A stretch of 46,737 nt of DNA from an uncultured Sulfurovum sp. (GCA_964514765.1 CAZEUM010000001.1:1-46737); one strand, 5' to 3'; counted from the first letter of the stretch, positions 1 through 9,913 are shown. A program made the numbers and translations. Notes: a model not told the origin generated them from the letters alone.

Positions 1-2
1 AT

Positions 3-338
3 GCTATTAATCTTGTGAAAACACTTCAGCATGACTTAGACATCGTGACTATTGCCCATCTTCTTGCTTCATTGGTACAAGAAGAGAACTTTGTAAAAGG
101 AAAAGACAACATCGGTCTTGGTCTTGAAGAGATAACACTTCTTATGGAACGTGCCATGCAAAACCGTGGAAATGCTGGAGGTGGTGGAGGTCGTAACCGT
201 AGACGCGGTGGCGGTGGCAGTGGTGGTGGATACCGTGGAAACAGATCTGGTGGAGGCGGTGGTAGCCGTCATGGTAGAAATGGTCGTTCTGGCGGTGGAC
301 GTGACAGCCGTAATGGTGGTCAGGGCAGTAGAGGCTAA
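3..338 (+). CDS. C-terminal end of a DEAD/DEAH-box RNA helicase (5' truncated by window edge)
   Basis: Frame is open from position 3. It ends in an R/G-rich tail (GGGGRNRRRGGGGSGGGYRGNRS) typical of DeaD/CshA-type helicases. The core motifs lie outside the window. Confidence 0.6.
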   Translation, partial: AINLVKTLQHDLDIVTIAHLLASLVQEENFVKGKDNIGLGLEEITLLMERAMQNRGNAGGGGGRNRRRGGGGSGGGYRGNRSGGGGGSRHGRNGRSGGGRDSRNGGQGSRG

Positions 339-374
339 TTTTATTGACTGATGAATAACAAATCCTAAATATTT

Positions 375-680
375 TTCACTTTTACCTTTTGTAATCTTAC
401 CCATTGCTCATATCTTGCTAGGTTATAGGTTAGATTGACAAGTCCTATGAGAGAGCTTAGCCTTTCTGAGCCAATGGCTTTAGGATCTAGGGCATTATGC
501 ATTTATGAGGTTATGGTAGCAAAGATATGTTTCTATCTCTTCTGATTTATAGGCACTGTTTGCTGTATTATATTTCCCAGTTTATGATGGTATTTAGTTT
601 TTGTAATATACGCAATACTTGACAGATTTAGGCTTTCTAATGTGATTTGATTATTTGGTGGTATTTTTAGATATGTCCTA
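375..680 (-). mobile_element. IS5-family remnant (left end plus stitched transposase fragments)
   Basis: Minus strand reads KLNTIINWEI, ANSAYKSEEIETYL and HIFATITS*MHNAL...IGLVNLTYNLARYEQ (IS5 N-terminal, DDE and C-terminal pieces). 571-670 is nearly identical to 29411-29511. Confidence 0.8.
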
Positions 681-752
681 AAAAAATAATATTAATTATC
701 CTTTAATAAAATACATTCTATACTTGGTTTATATTAATAATAAGGACAATAA

Positions 753-1777
753 ATGAAAACACTGCCCTTGGTAAATATTGTACTTTTCTCAACGTCATTA
801 GTGCTTGCAGAAGGTAATTTACTTAAAAAAAAGCAAAAGAAGCTGGTCTTCAGGCAATACCTGCAGATAAAATTGCATTAAAAAAATTGATTGACCCCAA
901 AGGTCTACTCAATGAGGAAAAGGTTTCTTTAGGAAAAAAACTATTTTTTGATCCTAGACTTTCGAAAAGTGGTATTATCTCCTGTAATACATGTCACCAT
1001 TTAGGACTAGGAGGAGTAGATGGTATTCCTGCTTCAGTAGGGCACAAATGGACTAAAAGTCCTCATCACCTTAACTCTCCTACCGTTTATAATGCAGTCT
1101 TTTTTGATGCACAATTTTGGGATGGAAGAAGTCCAAATTTAGAAGATCAAGCACAAGGTCCAATACTAGCAGCACCAGAGATGGCTTCATCCGAAGCATT
1201 GGTAGAAGAAAAAATTAACTCCATACCTGCGTATAAAGAATCTTTTCAAAAAGCCTATGGGAAAAATATCAAAATTAATTTTGAAACTATTGCTTCTACA
1301 ATAGCTATGTTTGAAAGAACTTTAGTGACACCCTCTAGATTTGACAGTTTTCTGCATGGAAATATAGACGCACTAAGCAATAGTGAAAAAGAAGGTCTTA
1401 ATGTATTTATTGACAAAGGATGTACTGCCTGCCATACTGGTATTGCACTAGGAGGTAGCATGCAAGCCTTTCCTGTAGTTGGAAAATATAAATATAGTGC
1501 TATTGGTGACTTTAAAGGAAACAAAGATGGACTTATAAAGACACCTACACTTAGAAATATTATAGAAACAGCACCTTATTTTCATAATGGTGCGATTTGG
1601 AGTCTAAAAGAAGCCATACAAGAAATGGGTAGAACACAACTTGGCATAAATATTTCAGACGATGAATCCAGAAAAATTCTTACTTTTCTAAATGCTCTAA
1701 CAGGTACAAAACCAGAAATTACTTACCCTCAACTTCCACCAAGTACCCTTAGTACAGCAAAACCAGATTTAGAGTAA
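753..1777 (+). pseudogene. ccpA: Diheme cytochrome c peroxidase (CcpA/MauG family), split by a frameshift in an A8 run at 825-832
   Basis: SD AAGGA plus ATG753 gives a signal peptide (MKTLPLVNIVLFSTSLVLA). The -1 frame continues AKEAGLQAIP into ORF 887-1777 with CNTCH, CTACH, QFWDGR and TAPYFHNG motifs. Pseudogene status is uncertain. Confidence 0.75.
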
Positions 1778-1854
1778 AGCAAGGCTTCTCTATTTGTATT
1801 TAAATTATGAGTCTTAATTATATTACCCCACTAAGTGAATACCCTATTTAACTG

Positions 1855-1886
1855 TTTAGCTGGATACCATGTTGGTGCAATCTACA
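1855..1886. repeat. 32-bp dispersed repeat, inverted copy at 45278-45309
   Basis: TTTAGCTGGATACCATGTTGGTGCAATCTACA vs reverse complement TTTAGATGGATACCATGTTGGTATAATCTACA (29/32 identical). Confidence 0.7.
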
Positions 1887-1944
1887 AGTTTTGGTATTTT
1901 TCCATTTCATTATTTGGGATCTTCACGCTATAATACAATCCATT

Positions 1945-3186
1945 ATGCAAAAAGAACCCAACAATGAACATATTATATTCAAAAAAAGCAATCTTTCCCA
2001 AGAAATTAAGCTACTTATTGCCTGCTGTCAAACAGTTCAATCCGAAGATGATATTGATTTCATCCGAGCTTTTATTAAAACTCAAAATACTTCTTTACAT
2101 AATGTCATTACCCTAGCCTATAAGCATGGCATTCTACCGCTTGTATACAAAGTATTTCTAGCACTAACTGTCGAAACCCCCATCAAAAATACGAAAAAAG
2201 GGAGTAAAGAACAGCCTTTCCTAGATGAAATACTTCCTCAGCTCAAAATGTACTACACAAAAATTGCTCAACGTAATATGCTCATGTCAGCAGAACTCAT
2301 CTGCATTATAAAACTTCTCAAAGAGAACAACATCAAAGCCCTTGCGTTTAAGGGTCCTACTTTGGCACAAATGGCATATGGAGACATTACTTTACGACAG
2401 TTTGGCGACCTTGATATTCTTATTAGAAAAGAAGACCAAGCAAAGATGATTGATATTTTAAATCAAAAACATTATATTCCCGAAATTGTTCTTAAAGAAG
2501 GAACAAAAGAGATATTTTTTTCTGCTGTCAATGTGATAGGGCTACAACATCCTTCTAATGGTGTGTTTACAGAAGTACACTGGGAATTACTGTCAAAAAA
2601 TTACGCCATTAACTGGGAGGAAAAAATTATATGGAAACATCCCACCTTTATCCACATAAATCAAGTAGCTATACCTGTACTACCAACAGAACAGCTTATC
2701 CTCTACCTTTGTGCACATGGATCAAAACATCTTTTTGAACGCCTAGAATGGATATGCGATATCGATAAAACAATCAAAGAAAATCCAAATATAGACTGGG
2801 AATACTTATTGAAAGAAGCCGATAATTTAGGTATTAGACGTATGCTTTTTCTTGGCTTAACCCTATCCCAACAGTTCTTTAGATTGATCTTGCCAGAGAT
2901 GATACAAAAAGAGATAGCCAAAGATACAGAAATACCTAAACTCATTTCAAAAATCATCAAAATAAACTTTTCAAAAAGCAAACAAAGAGAAAAAAGCTAC
3001 AATACATTTAGACTACTTTGGAGTATGAGAGAAAATCTTTCTGACCAACTTCATTTTGCTTGGAGAGGACTTTTCTCTCCAAAATTCGATGACTTTGTTT
3101 TTGTACAACTAGCAAAAAATTTAGCATTTCTTTACCCTCTTATTCGTCCCTATAGATTAGTAACAAAATACTTTAAATCATCCTAG
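1945..3186 (+). CDS. Nucleotidyltransferase family protein (NTP_transf_5-like)
   Basis: FKGPTLA..YGD..LRQFGDLDIL, EVHW and LCAHGSKH..RLEWICDI motifs. ATG1945 is preferred; a TATAAT lies at 1929-1934. Confidence 0.8.
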   Translation: MQKEPNNEHIIFKKSNLSQEIKLLIACCQTVQSEDDIDFIRAFIKTQNTSLHNVITLAYKHGILPLVYKVFLALTVETPIKNTKKGSKEQPFLDEILPQLKMYYTKIAQRNMLMSAELICIIKLLKENNIKALAFKGPTLAQMAYGDITLRQFGDLDILIRKEDQAKMIDILNQKHYIPEIVLKEGTKEIFFSAVNVIGLQHPSNGVFTEVHWELLSKNYAINWEEKIIWKHPTFIHINQVAIPVLPTEQLILYLCAHGSKHLFERLEWICDIDKTIKENPNIDWEYLLKEADNLGIRRMLFLGLTLSQQFFRLILPEMIQKEIAKDTEIPKLISKIIKINFSKSKQREKSYNTFRLLWSMRENLSDQLHFAWRGLFSPKFDDFVFVQLAKNLAFLYPLIRPYRLVTKYFKSS

Positions 3187-3260
3187 GTTTAAAGAAGTTT
3201 AGCTGATATTCTGAGTTTCTTTGGAATTTGAAAGTGGCTCAATAGTATAAATATAATATA

Positions 3261-4121
3261 ATGCATATCATGTCCCCATTATTTAAAAACAGAAAACTTG
3301 TTATTGCTACTATGCATCAAAAAGAATTACTCATGCAACCAATATTGGAAAATGTGCTTGGTGTAGAATGTTTGGTATTGGGTGATTTTAATAGTGATAA
3401 ATTTGGAACCTTCACTAGAGATATTAAACGTTCAGGCAATATGCTGCAAGCTGCAAGAGCAAAATTACAGGCTGCTATGGAAATGTCTGGCTGTGACTTG
3501 GGTGTTGCTAGTGAGGGTAGCTTTGGTGTGCATCCTTCTATGCCTTTTGTGCAGTCCAATTTAGAGTTAGTACTTTTTATAGATAAAAAAAATAATCTTG
3601 AAATCAAAGGACATTATCGTACTTTAGATACAAACCTTGATGGAAAATATGTCTCAACCATAGAGGAAGCTCTTAATTTTGCCAAGAAATGTGGCTTTCC
3701 TGAACATGGTGTTATTGTCCGAAGAAGTGAAAAAGGAAAATGGTTTTTATATAAAAACATCCAAAATATAGATGATTTGAAGACTGCTTTTAACAAGATT
3801 TTGTCTTTGCCTTTTAGCTCTAAAGTTTTTATAGAAACAGATATGCGTGCATATAAAAACCCAACACGAATGAAGGCTATACAAAAGGCAACAGAAGATT
3901 TAATACAAAATATACACTCAAAATGTCCAGAATGTAAAAGACCAGGTTTTGTATTGACTGATGTTGAAAAAGGTCTTCCTTGTCGAGTTTGTAGTATGCC
4001 CACGGCACTGGTAAAATTTGAGATATTTTCTTGTGCTTCTTGTGCCTATCAAGAGAAAAAGAAGACGCTAAAATATGGCGAGTTTGCTGACCCTGGACAG
4101 TGCAACTTTTGTAATCCCTAA
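3261..4121 (+). CDS. DUF6671-family protein (ITPase/YjjX-like N-terminus, four CxxC in C-terminus)
   Basis: ATMHQKE, FGTFT, ARAK...GVASEGSFGVHP, ETDMRA..NPTRM, then CPEC/CRVC/CASC/CNFCNP. Confidence 0.75.
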   Translation: MHIMSPLFKNRKLVIATMHQKELLMQPILENVLGVECLVLGDFNSDKFGTFTRDIKRSGNMLQAARAKLQAAMEMSGCDLGVASEGSFGVHPSMPFVQSNLELVLFIDKKNNLEIKGHYRTLDTNLDGKYVSTIEEALNFAKKCGFPEHGVIVRRSEKGKWFLYKNIQNIDDLKTAFNKILSLPFSSKVFIETDMRAYKNPTRMKAIQKATEDLIQNIHSKCPECKRPGFVLTDVEKGLPCRVCSMPTALVKFEIFSCASCAYQEKKKTLKYGEFADPGQCNFCNP

Positions 4122-4134
4122 GACGATAAAAATA

Positions 4135-5196
4135 ATGAAAATAATAAACACACAAATAATCAAAATTGATAAAAATGAGATAGACCAAGAAAAAATAAAA
4201 GCAAAAATAAAAGTAGCTTCAAAGGCACTAAAGGAAGGTGGCTTAGTTGCTTTTCCTACTGAGACAGTTTATGGTTTAGGAGCAAATGCCTTAAATGCTA
4301 GAGCTATCCAAAAAATATTTGAAGCTAAAGGAAGACCTTCTGATAATCCACTTATTGTGCATATTTCCAAGAAAGAAGACCTTTTAAAACTTGTAAAAGA
4401 AGTCCCCCAAATAGCTGAAAAATTAATGCAAAAATTTTGGCCTGGCCCTTTAACTCTTATATTTGAAAAGTCTGACATAGTTCCTGACATAGTTACAGGA
4501 GGTCTCAATACTGTAGCTATTAGGATGCCAAATAGTGCCATTGCTTTAGCACTTATTGAGCAAGCGAGTGTACCTATAGCTGCACCATCATCTAACCTAT
4601 CGGGAAAACCAAGCCCCACTTTAGCAGCGCATGTCGTGCATGATTTAGATGGAAGAGTAGATGTTATTGTCGATGGAGGAGAAACAAACATTGGTCTTGA
4701 GTCTACGGTGCTTAACCTCACAAGCACTCCTCTTGAACTATTGCGTCCCGGTGCTATTGGTATTGAGGCATTGGAGACTATAGCAGGGAAGATTGTAGTG
4801 CCTCCTAGCAATACAGGAGAGAAATCAGAACAAATCGCTGTTAAGTCTCCAGGAATGAAATACCGACATTATGCACCAAAAGCAAAAGTTATTTTGATTG
4901 TGGGGAAAGAAAAAAAGATAAAATCTAAAATAGAAGAGCTACTTCTTAGCTATAAAAATCAGAATAAACAAGTGGCATTAATGTTAAAGAATAACGCTTA
5001 TGATTACAAGGCAGATATGCTGAGAATAATGGGTAATGACTATAATTATATTGCTAAAAATTTATTTGCACAGTTTAGGGAATTTGACCATACAAATATA
5101 GATATTATCATAGTAGAAGGGCTTGAAGAAAAAGATTTAGGTCTTGCAATAATGAATCGTTTAAAAAAAGCAGCGTATGAAACTATTGAGCTTTAG
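4135..5196 (+). CDS. sua5: L-threonylcarbamoyladenylate synthase, Sua5 (TsaC2) type
   Basis: VAFPTETVYGLGA, KGRPSDNPLIVH, FWPGPLT, PSSNLSGKPSPT and PGMKYRHYAP linker, plus a SUA5 C-terminal domain. ATG4135 avoids overlap with the upstream gene. Confidence 0.93.
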   Translation: MKIINTQIIKIDKNEIDQEKIKAKIKVASKALKEGGLVAFPTETVYGLGANALNARAIQKIFEAKGRPSDNPLIVHISKKEDLLKLVKEVPQIAEKLMQKFWPGPLTLIFEKSDIVPDIVTGGLNTVAIRMPNSAIALALIEQASVPIAAPSSNLSGKPSPTLAAHVVHDLDGRVDVIVDGGETNIGLESTVLNLTSTPLELLRPGAIGIEALETIAGKIVVPPSNTGEKSEQIAVKSPGMKYRHYAPKAKVILIVGKEKKIKSKIEELLLSYKNQNKQVALMLKNNAYDYKADMLRIMGNDYNYIAKNLFAQFREFDHTNIDIIIVEGLEEKDLGLAIMNRLKKAAYETIEL

Positions 5197-5315
5197 GGCA
5201 TCTCTAATGTAACACTCCTCTTTTTTGCTCTATCAAATAGGACATAAATAAACTTAATTAACAAGTGATTGGCTAACATCAGTTATAATATTAATATTTA
5301 TCCAAGGATTCTTTA

Positions 5316-8300
5316 ATGAAGTATATTTTTTCTATGAAAATGGCAGTTTTAATGCTGTTTTTATTTGCGATTATCGCAGGAGGTGCTACATTTATAGAAA
5401 ATGACTACGGTACTCAAACGGCACAAGCTTTAGTCTATAAAACAAAATGGTTTGAAGTGTTTTTGGCGTATTTTACTGCTATTGTTGTGTACCATATTTT
5501 TAAAAATAAAACATGGAAGTCAAAACCTGCGGTATTTTTATTTCACTTTTCATTCCTCATTATTGCTATTGGTGCGGCACTTACACGTTACCTTGGATAC
5601 GAGGGTGTGATGCATATACGTGAAGGTGGTACGAGTAATACTATGGTCTCAGCAGAAAAGGTACTGCAAATTGTTGTGAGTGATGACGAAACGCAAAATG
5701 AATTTGAAAAAATGTTATATCTTTCTAGCATGAGTAAAAATACTTTGAATGTTACACTTCCTTTGAAAAATGCAGAGGTAAACATAGAGTTATTGAAGTA
5801 CCTTCCTACGGTACAAGAGAAAATTGTACCTGATGAAAAAGGTAAAGACATGCTAGAATTAAAAGTGTCTGCTGGTGGACAAGGGAAGATACATTACTTT
5901 AGCAAAGGAGAGAGAAAAGATTTTGGGTCTTTTTACATTGCTTACGAGCCTAGAGAAGAGCTTAAAGACAAACCTACCTTCTTAATAAAAGGGGAGATTG
6001 ATAATTTAAGTCTTCATTTTCCATACTTATTGCAAACACTGAATATGGACACGAAAGCATCAGGTGAAATAAAAGATGGTGAAGATGATTTTACGCTAAG
6101 AATGCTTTATCAATTTGGGGGAAATGCAGTGGTTTTGAAAGATATTCATAAAAAATCAACTTTAAAAATGTTTTCCAATGACTACAAGACCAAAGGAGGC
6201 ATACCTGAGCTTATTAGGCTTCAGGTATCAGTGGGAGATGAAAGTAAAGTGATTGACTTTAAAGCATACCAAGGTAGAGTAGGGGCTTTAAAAAAGTTTA
6301 ACTTGTCTGGCGTAGATATTAAGATGCGTGTGGGAGTAAAGAATATAGATTTACCTTTTTCTATAAAACTTAAAAAATTTACAATGGAGCGTTACCCAGG
6401 TTCCATGACACCTGCTTCTTATGCTTCTGACGTGGTACTAATAGACAAAGAACAAAATATTACCATGCCCTATAAGATTTTCATGAACCATGTACTCGAC
6501 CATAGAAATTACCGTTTCTTCCAGTCTTCTTATGACCCAGATGAGAAAGGTACAGTACTTTCAGTCAATCATGACCCTGGCACTTGGCCTACGTATATAG
6601 GCTACATACTTATGACTATAGGTATGCTATGGTCTTTATTTGCTGTCAATGGTCGTTTTAGAAAACTACTAAAAAATGTAAGAAAAATACAAACCACAGC
6701 AGCTGCATTGCTGCTATTTTCATTTTTAGCCTTTACACCACAAAATGTACATGCTACATCTCCCACTGCAAGTCCAAAAGTAAGTAAAATGATAAAAGCC
6801 TATGATGCAGCACATGCAAAAGACTTTGGAAAACTTGTAGTCCAAGACCATAGAGGTCGTATGAAACCTATGGATACTATGGCGCATGAGATAGTGTCAA
6901 AAATCACAGGAAGGTCATCTGTACTTAATTTAGATGCGACACAGGTACTGCTAGGCATGATTATGCAACCTGAAGTCTATCAGGATGTTAATATGATTAA
7001 AGTAGGGCATAAAAAAATAGCCTTAGACATAGGACTTTCTGAAGATACTAAATTTGCTAAATTTTCTGATTTTTTCAGAAAAGAAGACAGTAGTTATAAG
7101 ATTTATGATGCCATTGTAAAGGCTAGCCGAAAGAAACCTTTAGAACAATCTCAATATGACAAAGAACTTATCAAAATAGATGAAAGAGTCAATGTTTCCT
7201 TTATGGTATACCAAGGTTCTATTTTACGTATATACCCCAAACCAAATGATGCAAATAACAAATGGATGGCTCCTATGAATGCTATGAAAGAGTTTCCAAC
7301 AAAGTATGCAGAAGAAGTAAGAATCAGTATTTCTGCGTATTTCCAGATGATAGCCAAAGGTGTTAAAACAGGTAATTGGGCTGATGCAGATATTGCTTTA
7401 AGAGGTTTACATAAAATACAAAAAAAACATGGCTCAGAGATACTTCCAAGCCAAATCCACATAAAAATGGAAATTAAATACAATGAATTAGGGTTATTTT
7501 CTAAGCTTGTATCTTTGTATTTACTCATGGGTATACTAGTACTTGTATTTGCATTTATTAATGTCTTAAAACCAAATTTTCCTATGAAATGGATTATGCA
7601 AGGCGCATGGGCTATATTGCTTATTGGTTTTGCCATACACATCACAGGGCTTGCACTTAGATGGTACATTGCAGGACATGCACCTTGGTCAAATGCTTAT
7701 GAGTCCATAGTAGTTATCGCAGCATCTACGGTCCTTGCAGGTATATTGCTCGCAAGACGCTCACCTTTTGCACTAGCAGGTACGGCAATTTTAGCAGGTA
7801 TTACCATGGGTGTGGCACATATGAGCTTTATTAACCCAGAAATTACTACATTGGTTCCTGTACTGAATTCTTACTGGCTTATGATACATGTAGCTACCAT
7901 CATCTCTGGTGATGGTTTCTTTGGATTAGGGTTTATCTTGTCATTTCTGGTATTGATACTTTATGTCATGAGAGGAAAAGAAGGTCATAGTAATATAGAC
8001 CGTGCCATCAAGGAGCTAACAAACCTTTCTGAAATGTCACTCATCATCGGACTGTTTATCTTCACTATAGGTAACTTTCTTGGTGGTGTTTGGGCAAATG
8101 AGTCTTGGGGACGCTACTGGGGTTGGGATGCAAAAGAAACTTGGGCAGCAGTGACTATACTGGTGTATGCCACAGTTTTACATTTACGATTTGTCCCTTC
8201 ATTAAAGTCTAACTTTGTATTTAATATGGCAGCAACTTGGGGCTACTCTGCTGTCATTATGACATACTTTGGTGTGAATTATTATCTTTCAGGTCTACAC

Positions 8301-8408
8301 TCTTACGCTGCGGGTGACCCTGTACCAATTCCTATGTGGGTGTATTATGCTGTGGCAGGACTGTTTGTTTTGACAGCTTTAGCTGCTAGAAATAGGAAGT
8401 TAAAATAA
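5316..8408 (+). CDS. ccsA: System II cytochrome c synthase, CcsB-CcsA fusion
   Basis: FLFH TM His, GHAPWSNAYES, SYWLMIHV, WANESWGRYWGWDAKE (WWD domain) and GLHSYA. Confidence 0.93.
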   Translation: MKYIFSMKMAVLMLFLFAIIAGGATFIENDYGTQTAQALVYKTKWFEVFLAYFTAIVVYHIFKNKTWKSKPAVFLFHFSFLIIAIGAALTRYLGYEGVMHIREGGTSNTMVSAEKVLQIVVSDDETQNEFEKMLYLSSMSKNTLNVTLPLKNAEVNIELLKYLPTVQEKIVPDEKGKDMLELKVSAGGQGKIHYFSKGERKDFGSFYIAYEPREELKDKPTFLIKGEIDNLSLHFPYLLQTLNMDTKASGEIKDGEDDFTLRMLYQFGGNAVVLKDIHKKSTLKMFSNDYKTKGGIPELIRLQVSVGDESKVIDFKAYQGRVGALKKFNLSGVDIKMRVGVKNIDLPFSIKLKKFTMERYPGSMTPASYASDVVLIDKEQNITMPYKIFMNHVLDHRNYRFFQSSYDPDEKGTVLSVNHDPGTWPTYIGYILMTIGMLWSLFAVNGRFRKLLKNVRKIQTTAAALLLFSFLAFTPQNVHATSPTASPKVSKMIKAYDAAHAKDFGKLVVQDHRGRMKPMDTMAHEIVSKITGRSSVLNLDATQVLLGMIMQPEVYQDVNMIKVGHKKIALDIGLSEDTKFAKFSDFFRKEDSSYKIYDAIVKASRKKPLEQSQYDKELIKIDERVNVSFMVYQGSILRIYPKPNDANNKWMAPMNAMKEFPTKYAEEVRISISAYFQMIAKGVKTGNWADADIALRGLHKIQKKHGSEILPSQIHIKMEIKYNELGLFSKLVSLYLLMGILVLVFAFINVLKPNFPMKWIMQGAWAILLIGFAIHITGLALRWYIAGHAPWSNAYESIVVIAASTVLAGILLARRSPFALAGTAILAGITMGVAHMSFINPEITTLVPVLNSYWLMIHVATIISGDGFFGLGFILSFLVLILYVMRGKEGHSNIDRAIKELTNLSEMSLIIGLFIFTIGNFLGGVWANESWGRYWGWDAKETWAAVTILVYATVLHLRFVPSLKSNFVFNMAATWGYSAVIMTYFGVNYYLSGLHSYAAGDPVPIPMWVYYAVAGLFVLTALAARNRKLK

Positions 8409-8452
8409 TTTAATGAGTTAGCGAGAGATTAGGTTAAAAGTGATTAAGAACT

Positions 8453-8479
8453 TGCCACACACTTAAGAAGCGTGTGGCA
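8453..8479. terminator. Hairpin between convergent ccsA and fldA
   Basis: TGCCACAC-11nt-GTGTGGCA, with a T-tract downstream. Confidence 0.6.
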
Positions 8480-8492
8480 CATATATTTTTGC

Positions 8493-8999
8493 TTAAGAAA
8501 GACTAGGCTTAATGATTTCTACCCATTTTTTAACACGTTCTTCCGTGAGTTCAAATTGATTGTCGTCATCTATAGCTAAGCCAACAAAAGTACCATCTTC
8601 TTGTTCTGCGATAGAGTCTGAATACTCATAATCTTCCGATGGCCAGCCATTACCCACTACTGTTGCACCTTGTTTTACGGCAGCATTATGAAGTATACCC
8701 ATGGCATCTACAAAGTTGTCTTCATATCCTTCTTGATCACCTAAACCAAAAAAAGCTACCGTTTTACCAGAAAAATCAACATTTTCAAAATCATCAAAAC
8801 ATTTATCCCAGTCATCTTGCAAATCTCCTTCACCCCATGTTGAGATGCCTATGATTACTTTTTTATATTCATCAAATTTATTCATATCTATATCTGCTAT
8901 ATCATGTAAATCTGCTTTTATATCTAGTTTGTTCTTGATGAGTTCTGCTGTGGTTTCAGTTGCTCCACCGTTGCTTCCATAAAATATTCCTATTGCCAT
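8493..8999 (-). CDS. fldA: Long-chain flavodoxin
   Basis: IFYGSNGGATE, STWGEGDLQDDW, FGLGDQ..Y..NFVDAMG and FVGLAIDDDNQ. Confidence 0.95.
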   Translation of the reverse strand: MAIGIFYGSNGGATETTAELIKNKLDIKADLHDIADIDMNKFDEYKKVIIGISTWGEGDLQDDWDKCFDDFENVDFSGKTVAFFGLGDQEGYEDNFVDAMGILHNAAVKQGATVVGNGWPSEDYEYSDSIAEQEDGTFVGLAIDDDNQFELTEERVKKWVEIIKPSLS

Positions 9000-9029
9000 T
9001 GTATTTCCTTAAAATTATATTTTGAGACA

Positions 9030-9078
9030 TTACACCTCTTTAAACCCTAATAATAGTTTAGGATTTAAAGAAGTGTAA
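9030..9078. other. Long imperfect stem-loop immediately upstream of fldA
   Basis: TTACACCTCTTTAAACCCTAA-7nt-TTAGGATTTAAAGAAGTGTAA. The mismatches become G-U pairs on the minus-strand RNA. Confidence 0.65.
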
Positions 9079-9081
9079 AGG

Positions 9082-9903
9082 TCATTGACATATTTGCTTT
9101 TTTCTAATCATATTCTTTCTAATAGACTTGTCACAAAATGAAAATGAGTAGGGCGTGACTTTTACCATGTACTCATCTTCACAAAGTTTTACTTGATTTG
9201 TAAGTTTTATATTGATGTGTTTAGAAAAGTCTGGATGTTTGGGATATACCAAGTAAATTTGATGTATCTCACCATTATTAAGTGTTTCCTGTACTGTATT
9301 CATCTGCTTAACAAAATCTACATCTTCATAAAGTTTTTCTTTATTGATTTTTCTATATTGTGGCATTACCAATGAATCTGGAACATGCTCTCTTTTGTCT
9401 TTAATTACAATGTGTTTTTCATACAGTAATATATCGGCATATTTATTTACCTTTTTAATCCGCTCATATACGAGATGCAAAAACATATCCTCAACATCCA
9501 TCAACAAAGAAAAACCTTCTTTGGCACAGATGAGTGCGATGAGTTTTCCAACTGGCATAAAAGGTTTTTTACGTAAAGGAAAAGCTAGGGATTTCCCTGT
9601 AAAGTATGCATAAATGAGCAAAGAAGTAGACACATCTATGACTATCTTTCCCCCAGTATATATGCTAAAGGGTTTTATACAGGAAATATCAATTTTATTT
9701 ATAATTTTACGTCTAAATACACCCTCTATAGTTGAGGAGGTAAGCATTTCTTTTTTAGAAAACTCTAACTCACTTTCCACATAAGTATTGAACATATGAA
9801 AAAAGATAGCACGTTGTTGTTTTTTTGTCTTAAGTTGTTCACTATAAGGTAAAAATTCCTTATAAATTCCCTGTTGAGACTTTGTAAATCCTACAAATTT
9901 CAT
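9082..9903 (-). CDS. Hypothetical protein (possible counterpart of the C. jejuni gene between DUF2325 and fldA)
   Basis: 273-aa ORF with SD AAGGATAGG before ATG9903. C-terminus reads IYLVYPK...KVTPYSF. Sits directly upstream of fldA. Confidence 0.7.
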   Translation of the reverse strand: MKFVGFTKSQQGIYKEFLPYSEQLKTKKQQRAIFFHMFNTYVESELEFSKKEMLTSSTIEGVFRRKIINKIDISCIKPFSIYTGGKIVIDVSTSLLIYAYFTGKSLAFPLRKKPFMPVGKLIALICAKEGFSLLMDVEDMFLHLVYERIKKVNKYADILLYEKHIVIKDKREHVPDSLVMPQYRKINKEKLYEDVDFVKQMNTVQETLNNGEIHQIYLVYPKHPDFSKHINIKLTNQVKLCEDEYMVKVTPYSFSFCDKSIRKNMIRKKQICQ

Positions 9904-9913
9904 ACCTATCCTT

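Noticed and set aside
5196-5211. GGCAT(A)CTCTAATGTA just after the stops of sua5 and sppA (19957-19972)
   Set aside because: Too short to distinguish an IS-end scar from chance.
9082-9400. McrC-like look of the IYLVYPK C-terminus
   Set aside because: No PD-(D/E)xK catalytic motif and no McrB partner.
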